From Clostridia bacterium (GTDB lineage Bacteria; Bacillota; Clostridia; Christensenellales; UBA1242): a stretch of 64,000 nt of DNA. The stretch covers positions 73,798-137,797 of the forward strand of contig JAFVTW010000007.1 in assembly GCA_017503005.1 (NCBI GenBank). The letters are read 5' to 3'. A program made the position numbers and the translations under genes. The notes beneath the pieces are model-generated. The model saw nothing but the letters and a program-made list of their open reading frames with translations, made no database searches and was not told the origin of the DNA. Shown one piece after another: positions 29,960-40,729 of the stretch (position 1 is the stretch's first letter; each line of letters opens with the position of its first letter).

Positions 29960-30038
29960 AAATAATTTATCTCCTTGATTTATATATATATTTCATTTAA
30001 GAAAATTTGATAAAGTATAAACTTTATGTAATTAAATA

Positions 30039-30437
30039 CTAAACTCTTCTGCGTTTAGGTGGACGACAACCATTGTGTGGTATAGGTGAAACGTCCTTAA
30101 TTGAAGTAACTTCTAGACCAGCAGCTTGTAGAGCTCTGATTGCTGTTTCACGACCATTACCAGGTCCTTTAACGAATACTTCAACACTATTTAAACCTTG
30201 TTCTTTAGCAGCTTTTGCAGCTGTTTCACTAGCTTGTTGAGCAGCATATGGTGTGCTCTTTCTTGAACCACTTAAACCTAAAGAACCAGCACTGCACCAA
30301 GAAACTGCATTACCAGCATCGTCAGTAATTGTGATGATTGTGTTGTTAAATGATGCTTGAATATGTGCTTGACCTTTATTAAGGTTTTTAGTTGACTTTC
30401 TTTTTTTAGTTACTTTTTTATTATTTGCAGCCATCAT
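30039..30437 (-). CDS. rpsK: 30S ribosomal protein S11
   Basis: [19 protein letters not shown]11 signature. Confidence 0.93.
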   Translation of the reverse strand: MMAANNKKVTKKRKSTKNLNKGQAHIQASFNNTIITITDDAGNAVSWCSAGSLGLSGSRKSTPYAAQQASETAAKAAKEQGLNSVEVFVKGPGNGRETAIRALQAAGLEVTSIKDVSPIPHNGCRPPKRRRV

Positions 30438-30446
30438 CTATCTCCT

Positions 30447-30827
30447 TTACTTCTTAGTAGCAGTTTTGCCCTTAGAAACAGTTTTCTTTGGACCTTTTCT
30501 AGTTCTAGCGTTTTGTTTTGTGTTTTGACCACGAACAGGTAAACCTTTTCTATGGCGAACACCACGATAGCAACCAATTTCTTGCAAACGTTTAATGTTT
30601 AGTGAAACTTCACGTTGCAAATCGCCTTCTACAAGGCAGTTCTTTTCGATGTAAGTTCTAATTGCGTTAACTTCATCCTCAGTTAAGTCTTTAACACGAG
30701 TATCAGGGTTAACACCTGTTGCTTGTAAAATTTTGTTAGAAGTTTGTCTACCAATACCATAAATATAAGTTAAACCAATTTCAACTCGTTTATCTTTTGG
30801 TAAATCAACACCAGCAATACGTGCCAT
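30447..30827 (-). CDS. rpsM: 30S ribosomal protein S13
   Basis: [27 protein letters not shown]13 signature. Confidence 0.93.
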   Translation of the reverse strand: MARIAGVDLPKDKRVEIGLTYIYGIGRQTSNKILQATGVNPDTRVKDLTEDEVNAIRTYIEKNCLVEGDLQREVSLNIKRLQEIGCYRGVRHRKGLPVRGQNTKQNARTRKGPKKTVSKGKTATKK

Positions 30828-30988
30828 TTTATTCCTCCATAAAAATATAAAATGATTAATTAATTTGCCTAAATTAATAGGACTTTTATATATTTACGCA
30901 AGAAGGTACACTCTAAATTTATTTTAAAGCGCAGCCGCCCTTCTTACAATTATTTTCAAATTTGAATTTGAAAGTTTCGTGTGCGATA

Positions 30989-31105
30989 TTAGCCTTGAAC
31001 TTGTTTATGTTTTGGGTATTTAGAACAAATAACCATAACTTTTCCATTTCTTTTAATAACTTTGCAACTATCACACATTTTTTTAACAGATGGTCTTACT
31101 TTCAT
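30989..31105 (-). CDS. rpmJ: 50S ribosomal protein L36 (38 aa, Zn-ribbon form)
   Basis: Manual translation: [38 protein letters not shown]; below the ORF-track size cutoff; canonical position between infA and rpsM. Confidence 0.9.
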   Translation of the reverse strand: MKVRPSVKKMCDSCKVIKRNGKVMVICSKYPKHKQVQG

Positions 31106-31114
31106 TGTTTCCTC

Positions 31115-31342
31115 CTAATTTTTAGTTTTTAAACGCCAAACAATTCGGCCCTTTGTTAGGTCGTATGGCGACATTTCAACTTTTACTTGGTCACCAACCA
31201 AAATTCTTATATTGTTAAGATGTAGTTTTCCACTTAAGTATGCAGTAATAATGAAGCCATTACTTAGTTTAACTTTAAAAACTGCATTTCTTAAAACTTC
31301 AACTATCTCACCTTCAATTTCAATAACGTCTGTTTTTGACAC
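31115..31342 (-). CDS. infA: Translation initiation factor IF-1
   Basis: 75 aa, S1-like fold sequence ...[31 protein letters not shown]... Confidence 0.93.
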   Translation of the reverse strand: MSKTDVIEIEGEIVEVLRNAVFKVKLSNGFIITAYLSGKLHLNNIRILVGDQVKVEMSPYDLTKGRIVWRLKTKN

Positions 31343-31360
31343 TAAATGTTTCCTCCATAA

Positions 31361-32107
31361 TTATTGGGTTAATATTTCAACACCATCTTCAGTAATGAGT
31401 ACAGTGTTTTCGTAGTGTGCTGAAGGTAATCTATCTCTAGTTAAACAGGTCCAACCATCAGGCATAAATTGTACATACCTTTCGCCCATATTTACCATAG
31501 GCTCGATAGCTATAACCATATTTTTGACCAGTTTTGCACCAGAACCAACTTTTCCAAAATTTGGAACATATGGATCTTCGTGCAACTCAGCACCTACACC
31601 ATGACCGGTTAACTCTCTAACAATGGAAAAACCATTCTTTTCAACATATGTTTGGATTTGATTTGAAATATCTCCAACATAACTACCAGCACGGATATTT
31701 TTTATACCTTCAAAAAAACTTTCTTTGGTAACTTTTATAAGTTTCTTTTTCTTAGCATCTATCTTTCCTACAGGGAAAGTTCTAGCTGCATCACCATGAT
31801 AACCTTTATAACAAGCGCCTACATCTACACTGATTATGTCGCCTTCTTGCAAAATACATTGTTTGCTAGGAATTCCATGTACAACAGCTTCGTTTACAGA
31901 AGCACAAATTGTACCAGGAAATCCACCATAACCTTTGAATGATGGTTTAGCGCCTAAACTTACTATATAATCATAGGCTATTTTATCTAGTTGTTTGGTA
32001 GATACACCCGGCTTAATATGTTTTTCAATTTCTAATAGTGTATCTCTTGTAATTCTGCAGGCTATTCTTTGTAATTCAAGCTCTGCATCAGTTTTAATCT
32101 TAATCAT
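31361..32107 (-). CDS. map: Methionine aminopeptidase type I
   Basis: MIKIKTDAELELQR... canonical Map start and metal-binding D/H/E residues. Track ORF (to 32137) over-extends into the adk 3' end; start placed at MIKIK. Confidence 0.9.
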   Translation of the reverse strand: MIKIKTDAELELQRIACRITRDTLLEIEKHIKPGVSTKQLDKIAYDYIVSLGAKPSFKGYGGFPGTICASVNEAVVHGIPSKQCILQEGDIISVDVGACYKGYHGDAARTFPVGKIDAKKKKLIKVTKESFFEGIKNIRAGSYVGDISNQIQTYVEKNGFSIVRELTGHGVGAELHEDPYVPNFGKVGSGAKLVKNMVIAIEPMVNMGERYVQFMPDGWTCLTRDRLPSAHYENTVLITEDGVEILTQ

Positions 32108-32117
32108 AAATTGCCTT

Positions 32118-32735
32118 CTATTTTTTGATAACTTCATCTATTCTAGCATAAGTTTTTTCAACTTCGTTAGTAGATTCGATTGTATAGAATATGCCTTTGT
32201 TTTCGAAAAACTCGATAAGTTCTTTTGAAACAGCTTGTTTTTCTAAACGATTTTTGATTACTTCTGGTTTATCATCTTCACGAGTATAAACCTCGCCACC
32301 ACACTTTTCGCATTTGCCATCAACCAACCATTTAATATTTGTAGGTTGTTTACATTGACTACACATTCTTCTAGTACCTAGTCTTTCTAAGATGATTTCT
32401 TCTGTAATATGAATCATTATAACTTTGTCTAGTTGAACAATTTGATCAAGTGCTTTAGCTTGTTCTAAGTTTCTAGGATAGCCATCTAATATAAATCCGT
32501 TTTTACAATCTTCTTTACTTAGTCTATCAGAAACTAGCTTAAATGTTAAGTTTTCTGGAACTAATTCGCCTTTTTCCATATATGGTTTAGCAAGTTGTCC
32601 CAATTCTGTATTGTTTTGAACATTCCATCTAAATATTTCACCTGTAGAAATATGTGGAATATTATAATTTTTACTTATAATTGCAGCTTGTGTACCTTTG
32701 CCACAGCCTACTGGTCCTAAAAGAAGCAGTTTCAT
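32118..32735 (-). CDS. adk: Adenylate kinase (Zn-lid form, Cys4)
   Basis: MKLLLLGPVGCGKGTQA P-loop; lid CSQCKQ...CEKCGG. Confidence 0.93.
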   Translation of the reverse strand: MKLLLLGPVGCGKGTQAAIISKNYNIPHISTGEIFRWNVQNNTELGQLAKPYMEKGELVPENLTFKLVSDRLSKEDCKNGFILDGYPRNLEQAKALDQIVQLDKVIMIHITEEIILERLGTRRMCSQCKQPTNIKWLVDGKCEKCGGEVYTREDDKPEVIKNRLEKQAVSKELIEFFENKGIFYTIESTNEVEKTYARIDEVIKK

Positions 32736-32765
32736 ATATTCTCCTTAAAACTAGTTAATCTCCTT

Positions 32766-32787
32766 GCTCGCAGATTGCTCTGCGAGC
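32766..32787 (-). other. Perfect 8-bp GC-rich palindromic hairpin (gctcgcag-attgct-ctgcgagc) in the secY-adk intergenic spacer, immediately 5' of the adk RBS; no U-tract
   Basis: Seen directly; only GC-rich structure in the AT-rich operon spacers. Confidence 0.35.
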
Positions 32788-32802
32788 TAAGAGGTTACTA
32801 TC

Positions 32803-34095
32803 TTATTTTAAAAATCCTTTATAATTACGCATTAACATTTGGGCTTCAAGCTGTTTATTAATTTCAATTGCAACAGAAACTACGATTAACAATCCAGTTG
32901 CACTAAATGCAGAAACTAGACCACCACTTCCAATGCCTTTGAAAATCAAACTTGGTACGATTGCAATAATTGCAAGGAATACAGCACCAAACAATGTAAT
33001 TCTATTTGAAATTCTTCTTAAATAATCAGCAGTTGGCTTACCTGCTCTAACAGTTGGAATAAATCCACCGTTTTGTTGAATATTTCTTGCAACATCATCT
33101 GGATTGAATGTTACTTGTTGCCAGAAGTATGCAAAGAATAAAATTAGCAGACCAACAGCCACAATATATACCCAACTACCAGCTCCTAGCCATTGAGAGT
33201 ACCAAGCATAAGCTGAACTTTGTGGCCAGAAAATACTCATTAGTAATTGTGGGAATGTTAATAAGCTCATAGCAAATATAATAGGCATAACACCTGTAGA
33301 ATTAATTCTAATAGGAATGAATGTGCTTTGACCGCCATACATTTTTCTACCTTTAATTTGCTTAGCATATTGTACAGGTATCTTTCTTTCAGCTAAGTCC
33401 ATATATACAATGAAACCGAAGATTAATAGAAGTGCAATAGCAAATACAATTAAATCAATAATATTTGATGTTGAACCTTGGAAAATTCCGGTAATTGTAG
33501 AATATATAGCTGTACCAGCTGATGATAGAATACCTACAAAAATCAATAATGAAAGACCGTTACCAATACCTAATTCGGTAATCTTTTCACCTAACCAGTA
33601 AGTGAACATTGAACCAGCAATAAGGATAACTGAAACGATTGTTCCAATAATCCAAATAGAAGATTCATAACCAAACATATGTGTATTTAGACAATCTTTG
33701 TATGAAATAACGATTGCAACTGCTTGTGCTACAGCCAAAACTAGAGCACAAATTTTTGTGTAGAAACCAATTCTTTTTCTACCTTCTTCGCCTTGTTTAG
33801 ATAATCTTTCTAAACTTGGGATAGCAATTGTCAATAGTTGAATAATGATAGATGCACTAATATAAGGTGAAATACCTAAAGCTAAGATTGCACCTTGAGA
33901 TAATGCACCACCACTAATAGAACTAATTAAGGATAAGAAATCTTGACCATTTACTGCTGTAGAAAATTTGCTAAGGATTAATCCTGGAACAGGAAGCCAG
34001 CAACCAATTCTATAAATAAGTAAAAGGGCCAAAGTAATAAGAATTTTATTTCTAATTTCCTTAACCTTAAAGGCGTTTACTATGGTTTTAAACAT
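32803..34095 (-). CDS. secY: Preprotein translocase subunit SecY
   Basis: 430 aa, 10 TM, conserved position after rplO. Confidence 0.93.
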   Translation of the reverse strand: MFKTIVNAFKVKEIRNKILITLALLLIYRIGCWLPVPGLILSKFSTAVNGQDFLSLISSISGGALSQGAILALGISPYISASIIIQLLTIAIPSLERLSKQGEEGRKRIGFYTKICALVLAVAQAVAIVISYKDCLNTHMFGYESSIWIIGTIVSVILIAGSMFTYWLGEKITELGIGNGLSLLIFVGILSSAGTAIYSTITGIFQGSTSNIIDLIVFAIALLLIFGFIVYMDLAERKIPVQYAKQIKGRKMYGGQSTFIPIRINSTGVMPIIFAMSLLTFPQLLMSIFWPQSSAYAWYSQWLGAGSWVYIVAVGLLILFFAYFWQQVTFNPDDVARNIQQNGGFIPTVRAGKPTADYLRRISNRITLFGAVFLAIIAIVPSLIFKGIGSGGLVSAFSATGLLIVVSVAIEINKQLEAQMLMRNYKGFLK

Positions 34096-34541
34096 TATAG
34101 AACCTCAGCTTTTCCACCAGCCTTAGAGATTTTTTGTACTGCAGATTCAGTAAATTTGTTTGCTTTAACTGTTAAAGCTTTTTCCAAATTTCCATTACCT
34201 AATACCTTTAATCCATAAGGGGCAAGTTTATTAATAATATTCTTTTCTTGTAATAATTCTGTTGTAACAACAGTGTTATCCTCAAATACATTTAAATCGC
34301 TAACATTAATAATTGTATATTCTGCTGCGAATCTTTTATTATTAAAGCCTCTTTTTGGAAGACGACGGATAAGTGGCATTTGACCACCTTCAAAACCAGG
34401 TCTAACTCCACCACCGCTTCTAGCGTTTTGTCCTTTGTGACCTTTTCCGCTGGTTTTACCAAGCCCAGAACCGATTCCACGACCAACTCTTCTTTTATCA
34501 GTAGTAGAATTTAGAGCAGGAGACATTTGATTTAGTTTCAT
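34095..34541 (-). CDS. rplO: 50S ribosomal protein L15
   Basis: MKLNQMSP...[22 protein letters not shown]; start at ATG 34541 preceded by AAGGAGGG (track ORF extended to 34565 overlaps rpmD). Confidence 0.92.
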   Translation of the reverse strand: MKLNQMSPALNSTTDKRRVGRGIGSGLGKTSGKGHKGQNARSGGGVRPGFEGGQMPLIRRLPKRGFNNKRFAAEYTIINVSDLNVFEDNTVVTTELLQEKNIINKLAPYGLKVLGNGNLEKALTVKANKFTESAVQKISKAGGKAEVL

Positions 34542-34551
34542 AATTCCCTCC

Positions 34552-34866
34552 TTAAATCTCTTCAACTCTTACTAAGTGTTTAACAGTGAAAATCATTCCA
34601 CGAATAGCTGCGTTATCCACTAAGTCGTTGTGAGAATTAATTTTATTTAGCCCTAGGGCTTTGATTGTTTTTACTTGATTAGGTTTGCAACCGATTGTGC
34701 TTCTAATCAATGTAACTCTTAATGTTTTCTTAGCTGCTTTTTTAGCAGTTGTTTTAGGTGTGCTTTTTACTTCTGCTTTAGCAGTTGTTGTTTTGGTTGT
34801 AGTAGTTTTTTTAGTTGTTGTTGCTTTTTCTTCAGCTACTTTTTTAGTTTTTTTTGTTTCAGCCAT
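34552..34866 (-). CDS. rpmD: 50S ribosomal protein L30 with ~44-aa Lys/Thr/Ala-rich N-terminal extension
   Basis: C-terminal [55 protein letters not shown] is canonical L30; N-terminal [47 protein letters not shown] extension. Confidence 0.88.
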   Translation of the reverse strand: MAETKKTKKVAEEKATTTKKTTTTKTTTAKAEVKSTPKTTAKKAAKKTLRVTLIRSTIGCKPNQVKTIKALGLNKINSHNDLVDNAAIRGMIFTVKHLVRVEEI

Positions 34867-34879
34867 ATTAAATTAACTC

Positions 34880-35419
34880 CTATAGAATTTCTTCAACGGT
34901 TTTGCCACGAAGAGCTGCAACTTCTTCTTTAGAACGAAGTTGTTGTAAACCATTTAATGTTGCTTTAACACAGTTGATTTTGTTTCTTGAACCATAAATT
35001 TTAGCTGTGATATCTTTGATACCACATAGTTCAACAACTGGACGAACTGAGCCACCAGCAATAACACCAGTACCTTCCTTAGATGGAAGTAATACTACAC
35101 TACATTTACCAAATTTGCCTATAACTTCGTGAGGAATTGTTGTTCCTTCTAGAGCAATTTTAACCATTGCTTTTTTAGCACGAGCTGTAGCTTTTTCTAT
35201 TGCGTTTGGAACTTCAGCAGCCTTACCTGTGCCGATACCAACTTTACCGTTTTTATCGCCAACAACAACAAGTGCTGCAAAACGCATTGTTCTACCACCT
35301 TTAACAACCTTAGTTACACGGTTAACATTAACTAACTTTTTGTCAATGCCATCGTTTTCAACAACTTTTGGTTGACGGCGTAGAGGTTTTCTATCTTTCT
35401 TTTCTGTATTTTGTTGCAT
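34880..35419 (-). CDS. rpsE: 30S ribosomal protein S5
   Basis: S5 dsRBD/C-terminal signature, 179 aa. Confidence 0.93.
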   Translation of the reverse strand: MQQNTEKKDRKPLRRQPKVVENDGIDKKLVNVNRVTKVVKGGRTMRFAALVVVGDKNGKVGIGTGKAAEVPNAIEKATARAKKAMVKIALEGTTIPHEVIGKFGKCSVVLLPSKEGTGVIAGGSVRPVVELCGIKDITAKIYGSRNKINCVKATLNGLQQLRSKEEVAALRGKTVEEIL

Positions 35420-35431
35420 AACACACCTCTC

Positions 35432-35800
35432 CTAAAATTCTAAGCCTGCATTTCTAGCGCCATCAGCTAATGCACTAACACGACCAGTATACAAATAACC
35501 AGCTCTGTCAAATACAACTGCTTTAACACCTTTCTTCATTGCAGCTTTAGCAACAGCTTCACCTACAATAAATGCAGCTTCCTTTTTAGTTTTTCCTTCA
35601 ATAAGTTTAACAACATCTTTTTGTACAGTTGATGCACTAGCAATTGTTGTGCCGTTTTCATCATTGATAACTTGTGCATAGATGTGATTTAAACTTCTAT
35701 AAACGCTTAATCTAGGTCTTGCTGTAGTGCCGTGAACATTTTTTCTAACTCGCAAGCTGCGTTTCTTTCTAAGTTCGTTTTTATTTACTTTATTAATCAT
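35432..35800 (-). CDS. rplR: 50S ribosomal protein L18
   Basis: 122 aa, conserved position and sequence. Confidence 0.93.
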   Translation of the reverse strand: MINKVNKNELRKKRSLRVRKNVHGTTARPRLSVYRSLNHIYAQVINDENGTTIASASTVQKDVVKLIEGKTKKEAAFIVGEAVAKAAMKKGVKAVVFDRAGYLYTGRVSALADGARNAGLEF

Positions 35801-35812
35801 AACTTATACCTC

Positions 35813-36349
35813 TTACTTCTTACCGCTCTTAATTTCTTTACGTCTTACAACTTCGTCAGAGTAATAAACACCATAAGCATGGTATGGTTCAACTGGTCTC
35901 AAATCACGGATACGAGCTGCAAATTGACCAACTTGTTCTTTATCAATTCCACTAACGGTAACAGAGTTTTTCTCGCATGATAAGGTAATACCTTCTTCTG
36001 CTTTAACTAAAATAGGGTGAGAATAACCTAAACCTAGTTCTACATCACTACCTTTCATGATAGCTTTGTAACCAACACCGTTGATGATAAGTGTTTTCTT
36101 ATAACCTTCAGAAACACCTACAACCATATTGTTGATTAATTGACGATATAGACCATGTTTAACGTTAGCCTCTTTACTTGTACTATTGTTAACAACAGTA
36201 ACAACATTGTTTTCAATGTTAACAGTAAGGTCTTTACTAATGTTACGAGAAAGAGTTCCTTTAGGTCCTTTAACTGTTACTAATGTGCCGTCTACTTTAA
36301 CTTCAACGCCAGCAGGTAATGTGATAGGACTTTTTCCAATTCTTGACAT
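35813..36349 (-). CDS. rplF: 50S ribosomal protein L6
   Basis: MSRIGKSPITLPAGVEVKVDGTLVTVKGPKG. Confidence 0.93.
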   Translation of the reverse strand: MSRIGKSPITLPAGVEVKVDGTLVTVKGPKGTLSRNISKDLTVNIENNVVTVVNNSTSKEANVKHGLYRQLINNMVVGVSEGYKKTLIINGVGYKAIMKGSDVELGLGYSHPILVKAEEGITLSCEKNSVTVSGIDKEQVGQFAARIRDLRPVEPYHAYGVYYSDEVVRRKEIKSGKK

Positions 36350-36361
36350 ATTGTATCCTCC

Positions 36362-36757
36362 TTACCAAACATAAGCAAGAACTTCGCCACCGATTTTTTG
36401 TTCGCGAGCTTGCCTGTCTGTCATTAAACCTTTGCTTGTAGAAATGATAGCGATACCAAGACCATTCAATACTTTTGGAAGATCTTCGTAACCAGCATAT
36501 ATTCTCAAACCAGGTTTACTAATTCTTTTTAAGCCATTAATAACTTTTTGATTGTTTGGGCCATATTTCAAATCGATAACGATTGAACTTTTAGCACCTT
36601 CGGTTACAGAAAATTCATTGATGTAACCTTCATTTTTTAATAATTCAGCTATTGCTACTTTCATTTTGCTAGCTGGAACAGTAACGGTATTATGTTTTAC
36701 TGTTAAAGCATTGCGCATACGAGTAAGCATATCTGCAATTGGATCTGTAGTAATCAT
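36362..36757 (-). CDS. rpsH: 30S ribosomal protein S8
   Basis: [17 protein letters not shown]. Confidence 0.93.
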   Translation of the reverse strand: MITTDPIADMLTRMRNALTVKHNTVTVPASKMKVAIAELLKNEGYINEFSVTEGAKSSIVIDLKYGPNNQKVINGLKRISKPGLRIYAGYEDLPKVLNGLGIAIISTSKGLMTDRQAREQKIGGEVLAYVW

Positions 36758-36771
36758 AATTAAACCTCCTC

Positions 36772-36957
36772 TTACCAGCTACTCTTTTTCACACCAGGAA
36801 TTTCACCCTTGTATGCAAGTTCTCTGAAACATACTCTGCAGATGCCATATTTCTTTAGCACTGAATGAGGTCTGCCACAAAGTTTGCAACGAGTGTATTC
36901 TCTAGTTGAAAATTTTTGAGTTCTTTTTTGTTTTTCAATTAATGCTTTTCTTGCCAT
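36772..36957 (-). CDS. rpsZ: 30S ribosomal protein S14 type Z (61 aa, zinc-binding)
   Basis: [38 protein letters not shown]. Confidence 0.93.
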   Translation of the reverse strand: MARKALIEKQKRTQKFSTREYTRCKLCGRPHSVLKKYGICRVCFRELAYKGEIPGVKKSSW

Positions 36958-36974
36958 ATTATCCTCCCAACAAC

Positions 36975-37526
36975 CTATGCCTTAAAAGGTAAGCCAACTT
37001 TTTCAAGTAAAGCTTTAGCTTCCTTATCGGTTTTTGCTGTTGTAACAATTACAATATCTAATCCTCTAACTTTGTCGATTTTTTCAAAGCTAATTTCTGG
37101 GAATACCAATTGTTCTGTCAAACCTAAAGCATAGTTACCTTTGCCATCAAAAGCTTTTGGATTAATGCCTTGGAAATCTCTAACTCTTGGAAGAGCTACT
37201 GAAATTAATTTGTCTAAAAATTCGTACATTGTTTCACCACGAAGTGTAACTTTTGCACCAATCTTCATACCTTCTCTTAGTTTGAAGTTAGCAATAGATT
37301 TTTTAGATGTTGTAACAATAGGTTTTTGACCTGTAATTGCAGCTAATTCGTCAACAGCTTTGTTGAAAGCTTGTTGATTATCTTTGCAATCACCTAAACC
37401 ACGGTTAACAACAATTTTTTCAATTTTTGGAACTGCGTTAACATTTGTGTAACCTAATTCCTTTTGTAATGCAGGAATTACGTTTTGTAAATAGTGTGCA
37501 TGTAATCTATTAAGTTCTTTTTCCAT
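36975..37526 (-). CDS. rplE: 50S ribosomal protein L5
   Basis: 183 aa, [14 protein letters not shown] motif. Confidence 0.93.
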   Translation of the reverse strand: MEKELNRLHAHYLQNVIPALQKELGYTNVNAVPKIEKIVVNRGLGDCKDNQQAFNKAVDELAAITGQKPIVTTSKKSIANFKLREGMKIGAKVTLRGETMYEFLDKLISVALPRVRDFQGINPKAFDGKGNYALGLTEQLVFPEISFEKIDKVRGLDIVIVTTAKTDKEAKALLEKVGLPFKA

Positions 37527-37537
37527 AACATAACTCC

Positions 37538-38029
37538 TTATACTTTCTCAGCTGTCTTTCTTACAGCTGTTTTTGTTGTTGTAGTTTTTGCAGTCTTAGT
37601 AGCTGCTGCAGTTTTCTTAGGAGCAGCTTTCTTAGTTGCAGGTTTTTCTGTTTTAGTAGCTTCTACTACTTTTTTGTCAGCTTTTTTAGCTTCTTTTTTG
37701 ATTTTAACAGCAACATCTAGAGAAGCACCACAGTGTTTGCATACTCTAACTTTTTTGCCATCAACTTCTTTGTATGAAATTCTAGTTGCCTTTTTGCAAG
37801 TAGAACAAATTACTTGAACATTAGATGCATCAATTTTTCCTTCCATTTTAACAATGCTGCTCTTTTCTTGAGCATTTCTTGATTTTTTGTGTTTGTTGAT
37901 AATGTTTACTTTTTCAACAACAACAGCATTTTCAGAAGGCATAGCACTTAAAACTTTACCAGTTTTGCCTTTGTCTTTACCAGCAATTACAACAACTGTA
38001 TCGCCTTTTTTAACATGTAAATTAGCCAT
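37538..38029 (-). CDS. rplX: 50S ribosomal protein L24, atypical 163-aa form with internal CxxC...CxxC zinc-ribbon-like insertion and Lys/Thr/Ala-rich C-terminal tail
   Basis: N-terminal [30 protein letters not shown] canonical; then [33 protein letters not shown] (4 Cys) where Bacillus L24 has [28 protein letters not shown]; tail [53 protein letters not shown]. Confidence 0.9.
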   Translation of the reverse strand: MANLHVKKGDTVVVIAGKDKGKTGKVLSAMPSENAVVVEKVNIINKHKKSRNAQEKSSIVKMEGKIDASNVQVICSTCKKATRISYKEVDGKKVRVCKHCGASLDVAVKIKKEAKKADKKVVEATKTEKPATKKAAPKKTAAATKTAKTTTTKTAVRKTAEKV

Positions 38030-38038
38030 AATACCCTC

Positions 38039-38407
38039 CTATAATACTTCTGGAGCAAGGGAAATAATTTTCATGTATCCCTTTTCTCTAAGTTCTCTTG
38101 CGATTGGTCCGAAAATACGGGTTCCTTTAGGTTGTTTTTGGTTATCGATAATAACAGCTGCATTGTCATCAAATCTTACATAAGAACCGTCAGGTCTTCT
38201 AACACCTTTACTTGTTCTAACGATAACAGCTTTAACAACATCACCTTTCTTAACAACTCCACCAGGAGTAGCAGTTTTAACAGAAGCAACAATTATGTCA
38301 CCAATGTTACCGCTTCTTCTAAAAGAGCCACCTAAAACGCGGATACACATAATTTGTTTAGCACCAGTGTTATCGGCAACTTTTAATCTTGTTTGTGGTT
38401 GTACCAT
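38039..38407 (-). CDS. rplN: 50S ribosomal protein L14
   Basis: [17 protein letters not shown]. Confidence 0.93.
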   Translation of the reverse strand: MVQPQTRLKVADNTGAKQIMCIRVLGGSFRRSGNIGDIIVASVKTATPGGVVKKGDVVKAVIVRTSKGVRRPDGSYVRFDDNAAVIIDNQKQPKGTRIFGPIARELREKGYMKIISLAPEVL

Positions 38408-38417
38408 AATTTACTCC

Positions 38418-38687
38418 TTATTTTGCTCTCTCAATAATTCTTATTACTCTGAAATACTTATCCTTGCTTAGTGGGCGAGTTTCCATAATTTCTACTGTAT
38501 CACCAATACCACATTCATTTTTCTCATCGTGAGCTTTGAATTTTGTGGTTTGTTTGTAAACTTTGCCGTAGATTGGGTGTCTTTTGTTTTCAACACAAGC
38601 AACAACAACAGTTTTGTCCATTTTGTCACTTACAACTACACCAATACGAGTTCTACGAGCGTTTCTATTTAATGTTTCGTTACTCAT
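38418..38687 (-). CDS. rpsQ: 30S ribosomal protein S17
   Basis: 89 aa, conserved. Confidence 0.93.
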   Translation of the reverse strand: MSNETLNRNARRTRIGVVVSDKMDKTVVVACVENKRHPIYGKVYKQTTKFKAHDEKNECGIGDTVEIMETRPLSKDKYFRVIRIIERAK

Positions 38688-38702
38688 ATAATCCTCCTAA
38701 GC

Positions 38703-38909
38703 TTACGCATTTCCTTCAGATTTTTGTGCTCTTTCAGTCAATATTGTATTAACTTTAGCAATATCTTTTTTGCACTTGTTTAATTGCATAGGGTTTGTTA
38801 ATTGACCTGTAGCATGTGAAAAACGAAGGTTAAAAAGTTCTTGTTTAAGACTTTTTAATTTAGCATTAAGCTCTTCGTTGGTCATTTCTCTTAATTCTTT
38901 CGCTTTCAT
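38703..38909 (-). CDS. rpmC: 50S ribosomal protein L29
   Basis: [30 protein letters not shown]. Confidence 0.93.
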   Translation of the reverse strand: MKAKELREMTNEELNAKLKSLKQELFNLRFSHATGQLTNPMQLNKCKKDIAKVNTILTERAQKSEGNA

Positions 38910-39364
38910 TACTCAGCACCACCTTCGACAATTTCTTTAGGTGCAGATGCTTCTAAATCAGCTTTAGTAACGAATTTAGTTTTAACAGGAAGTTTATAAG
39001 CAGCAAGTCTCATAGCTTCTCTAGCAACTGTTTCGCTAACTTCACCTAATTCAAATAGCACTCTACCTGGTTTAACTACAGCAACCCAAAATTCTGTGTT
39101 ACCTTTACCTTTACCCATTCTAACTTCGGCAGGTTTTTTGGTTACTGGTTTGTGTGGGAAAACATTGATCCAAAGTTTACCACCACGTTTTGTATAACGA
39201 GAAATTGCAATTCTGGCAGCTTCAATTTGGTTAGCTGTCATCCAGCAAGGTTCTGTAGCTACTAAGCCATATTCGCCATAAGCGATTTTGTTACCACGAG
39301 TAGCCTTACCTGTCATTCTGCCACGGAACTGTTTTCTACGTTTAGCTCTTTTAGGCATTAACAT
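38909..39364 (-). CDS. rplP: 50S ribosomal protein L16
   Basis: [15 protein letters not shown] canonical start with AGGAGG 8 nt upstream; overlaps rpsC 3' end by 14 nt. Confidence 0.92.
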   Translation of the reverse strand: MLMPKRAKRRKQFRGRMTGKATRGNKIAYGEYGLVATEPCWMTANQIEAARIAISRYTKRGGKLWINVFPHKPVTKKPAEVRMGKGKGNTEFWVAVVKPGRVLFELGEVSETVAREAMRLAAYKLPVKTKFVTKADLEASAPKEIVEGGAE

Positions 39365-40040
39365 TTGCATTTCCTCCTTGTTCTTCTGTTTTAGCTGCAG
39401 GTGCTTTTTTACCTAAAATTTCACCCTTGCAGATCCAAACTTTAACACCTAAAACACCATAAGTTGTTTTAGCAATGCAGTTAGCATAATCAATGTCTGA
39501 ACGAAGTGTTTGAAGTGGAAGCATACCTTCTTGGTAATGTTCGCTTCTAGCAATTTCAGCACCATCTAATCTACCACTGATCATGATTTTGCAACCTTTT
39601 GCACCAGCTTTCATAACTTTTTGCATTCCTTGTTTCATAGCACGACGGAAAGCAACTCTCTTTTCAAGTTGAGCACAAATTGATTGAGCAACTAACATAG
39701 CATCTAGGTCTGGTTTTTTAACTTCTTTAATATTAACACTAACATTTTTGTTTTCTGTTAATGCTAAGATTTCTTTTTTGATTTCTTCTACGCCAGCGCC
39801 TTTATTTCCAATTAAAACACCTGGACGAGATGTGAAGATATCAACAACTACACGGTTTGCAGTTCTTTCAATAACAACTGAAGAAACATTGCAAGCAGCA
39901 TATTTCTTGTTAATATGTTTACGGATTTGTTGGTCTTCTACTAAAAACTTAGAGAAATCTTTCTTGTTTGAAATCCAAGAAGAACTCCAGTCTTTGTTAA
40001 TGCCAACTCTAATTCCGTGAGGACTAACTTTTTGACCCAT
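39351..40040 (-). CDS. rpsC: 30S ribosomal protein S3
   Basis: [18 protein letters not shown] canonical S3 start (track ORF has 8-codon N-terminal over-extension into rplV). Confidence 0.92.
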   Translation of the reverse strand: MGQKVSPHGIRVGINKDWSSSWISNKKDFSKFLVEDQQIRKHINKKYAACNVSSVVIERTANRVVVDIFTSRPGVLIGNKGAGVEEIKKEILALTENKNVSVNIKEVKKPDLDAMLVAQSICAQLEKRVAFRRAMKQGMQKVMKAGAKGCKIMISGRLDGAEIARSEHYQEGMLPLQTLRSDIDYANCIAKTTYGVLGVKVWICKGEILGKKAPAAKTEEQGGNANVNA

Positions 40041-40050
40041 CGAAAACCTC

Positions 40051-40440
40051 CTACTTATTAACACTGTCTAACACGATTGTGATGTGACAGGTCCTCTTTA
40101 GTATAATATCGTGGCCGCCTCTACCTCTCCAAATTCCACGCTTTAATGTTGGACCTTGGTTAGCGTAGCCTTCAGCTACAAATAAATCTTCTTTGTTTAA
40201 GCCTTTATTATGCTCTGCATTTGCAGCAGCAGAATTTAAAACTTTTAATACAGCATCACTTGCTGTGCTAGGAGTTTGTTCTAGCATAGCTACAGCTTCT
40301 GCATATGGTTTTCCAACAACTAAATCAATAACTCGTTTAGCTTTTGTAGAACTCATTCTTACATATTTTGCAGTTGCATAAGGACGGTTATCTTTGTTTT
40401 CAATTCTAGCAGCGGCTTTTTCTCTAATTCTTTTTGCCAT
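40051..40440 (-). CDS. rplV: 50S ribosomal protein L22
   Basis: RGRGGHDIILKRTCHITIVL signature. Confidence 0.92.
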   Translation of the reverse strand: MAKRIREKAAARIENKDNRPYATAKYVRMSSTKAKRVIDLVVGKPYAEAVAMLEQTPSTASDAVLKVLNSAAANAEHNKGLNKEDLFVAEGYANQGPTLKRGIWRGRGGHDIILKRTCHITIVLDSVNK

Positions 40441-40450
40441 AACTTACTCC

Positions 40451-40720
40451 TTACTTCTTTTTATCTCCACCATGACCCTTATAGGTTCTTGTTGGTGCGA
40501 ATTCTCCTAATTTATGACCAATCATTTCACTTGTGCAATAAACAGGAATGTGTTTAGAGCCATTGTGAACTGCAATGGTATGTCCAATAAATTCAGGATA
40601 AATTGTTGAAGAACGGCTCCAAGTTTTGATAACTTGTTTTTTGCCACTTTCGTTCATTTCAACAATTCTTTTAAATAATTTACCTTCAACATAAGGTTTT
40701 TTCTTTAATGACCTACTCAT
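40451..40720 (-). CDS. rpsS: 30S ribosomal protein S19
   Basis: [23 protein letters not shown]...[16 protein letters not shown]. Confidence 0.93.
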   Translation of the reverse strand: MSRSLKKKPYVEGKLFKRIVEMNESGKKQVIKTWSRSSTIYPEFIGHTIAVHNGSKHIPVYCTSEMIGHKLGEFAPTRTYKGHGGDKKK

Positions 40721-40729
40721 ACTTCACTC

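Noticed and set aside
34292-34486. 64-aa ORF inside rplO in another frame
   Set aside because: It is embedded in the conserved L15 coding sequence; no independent support.
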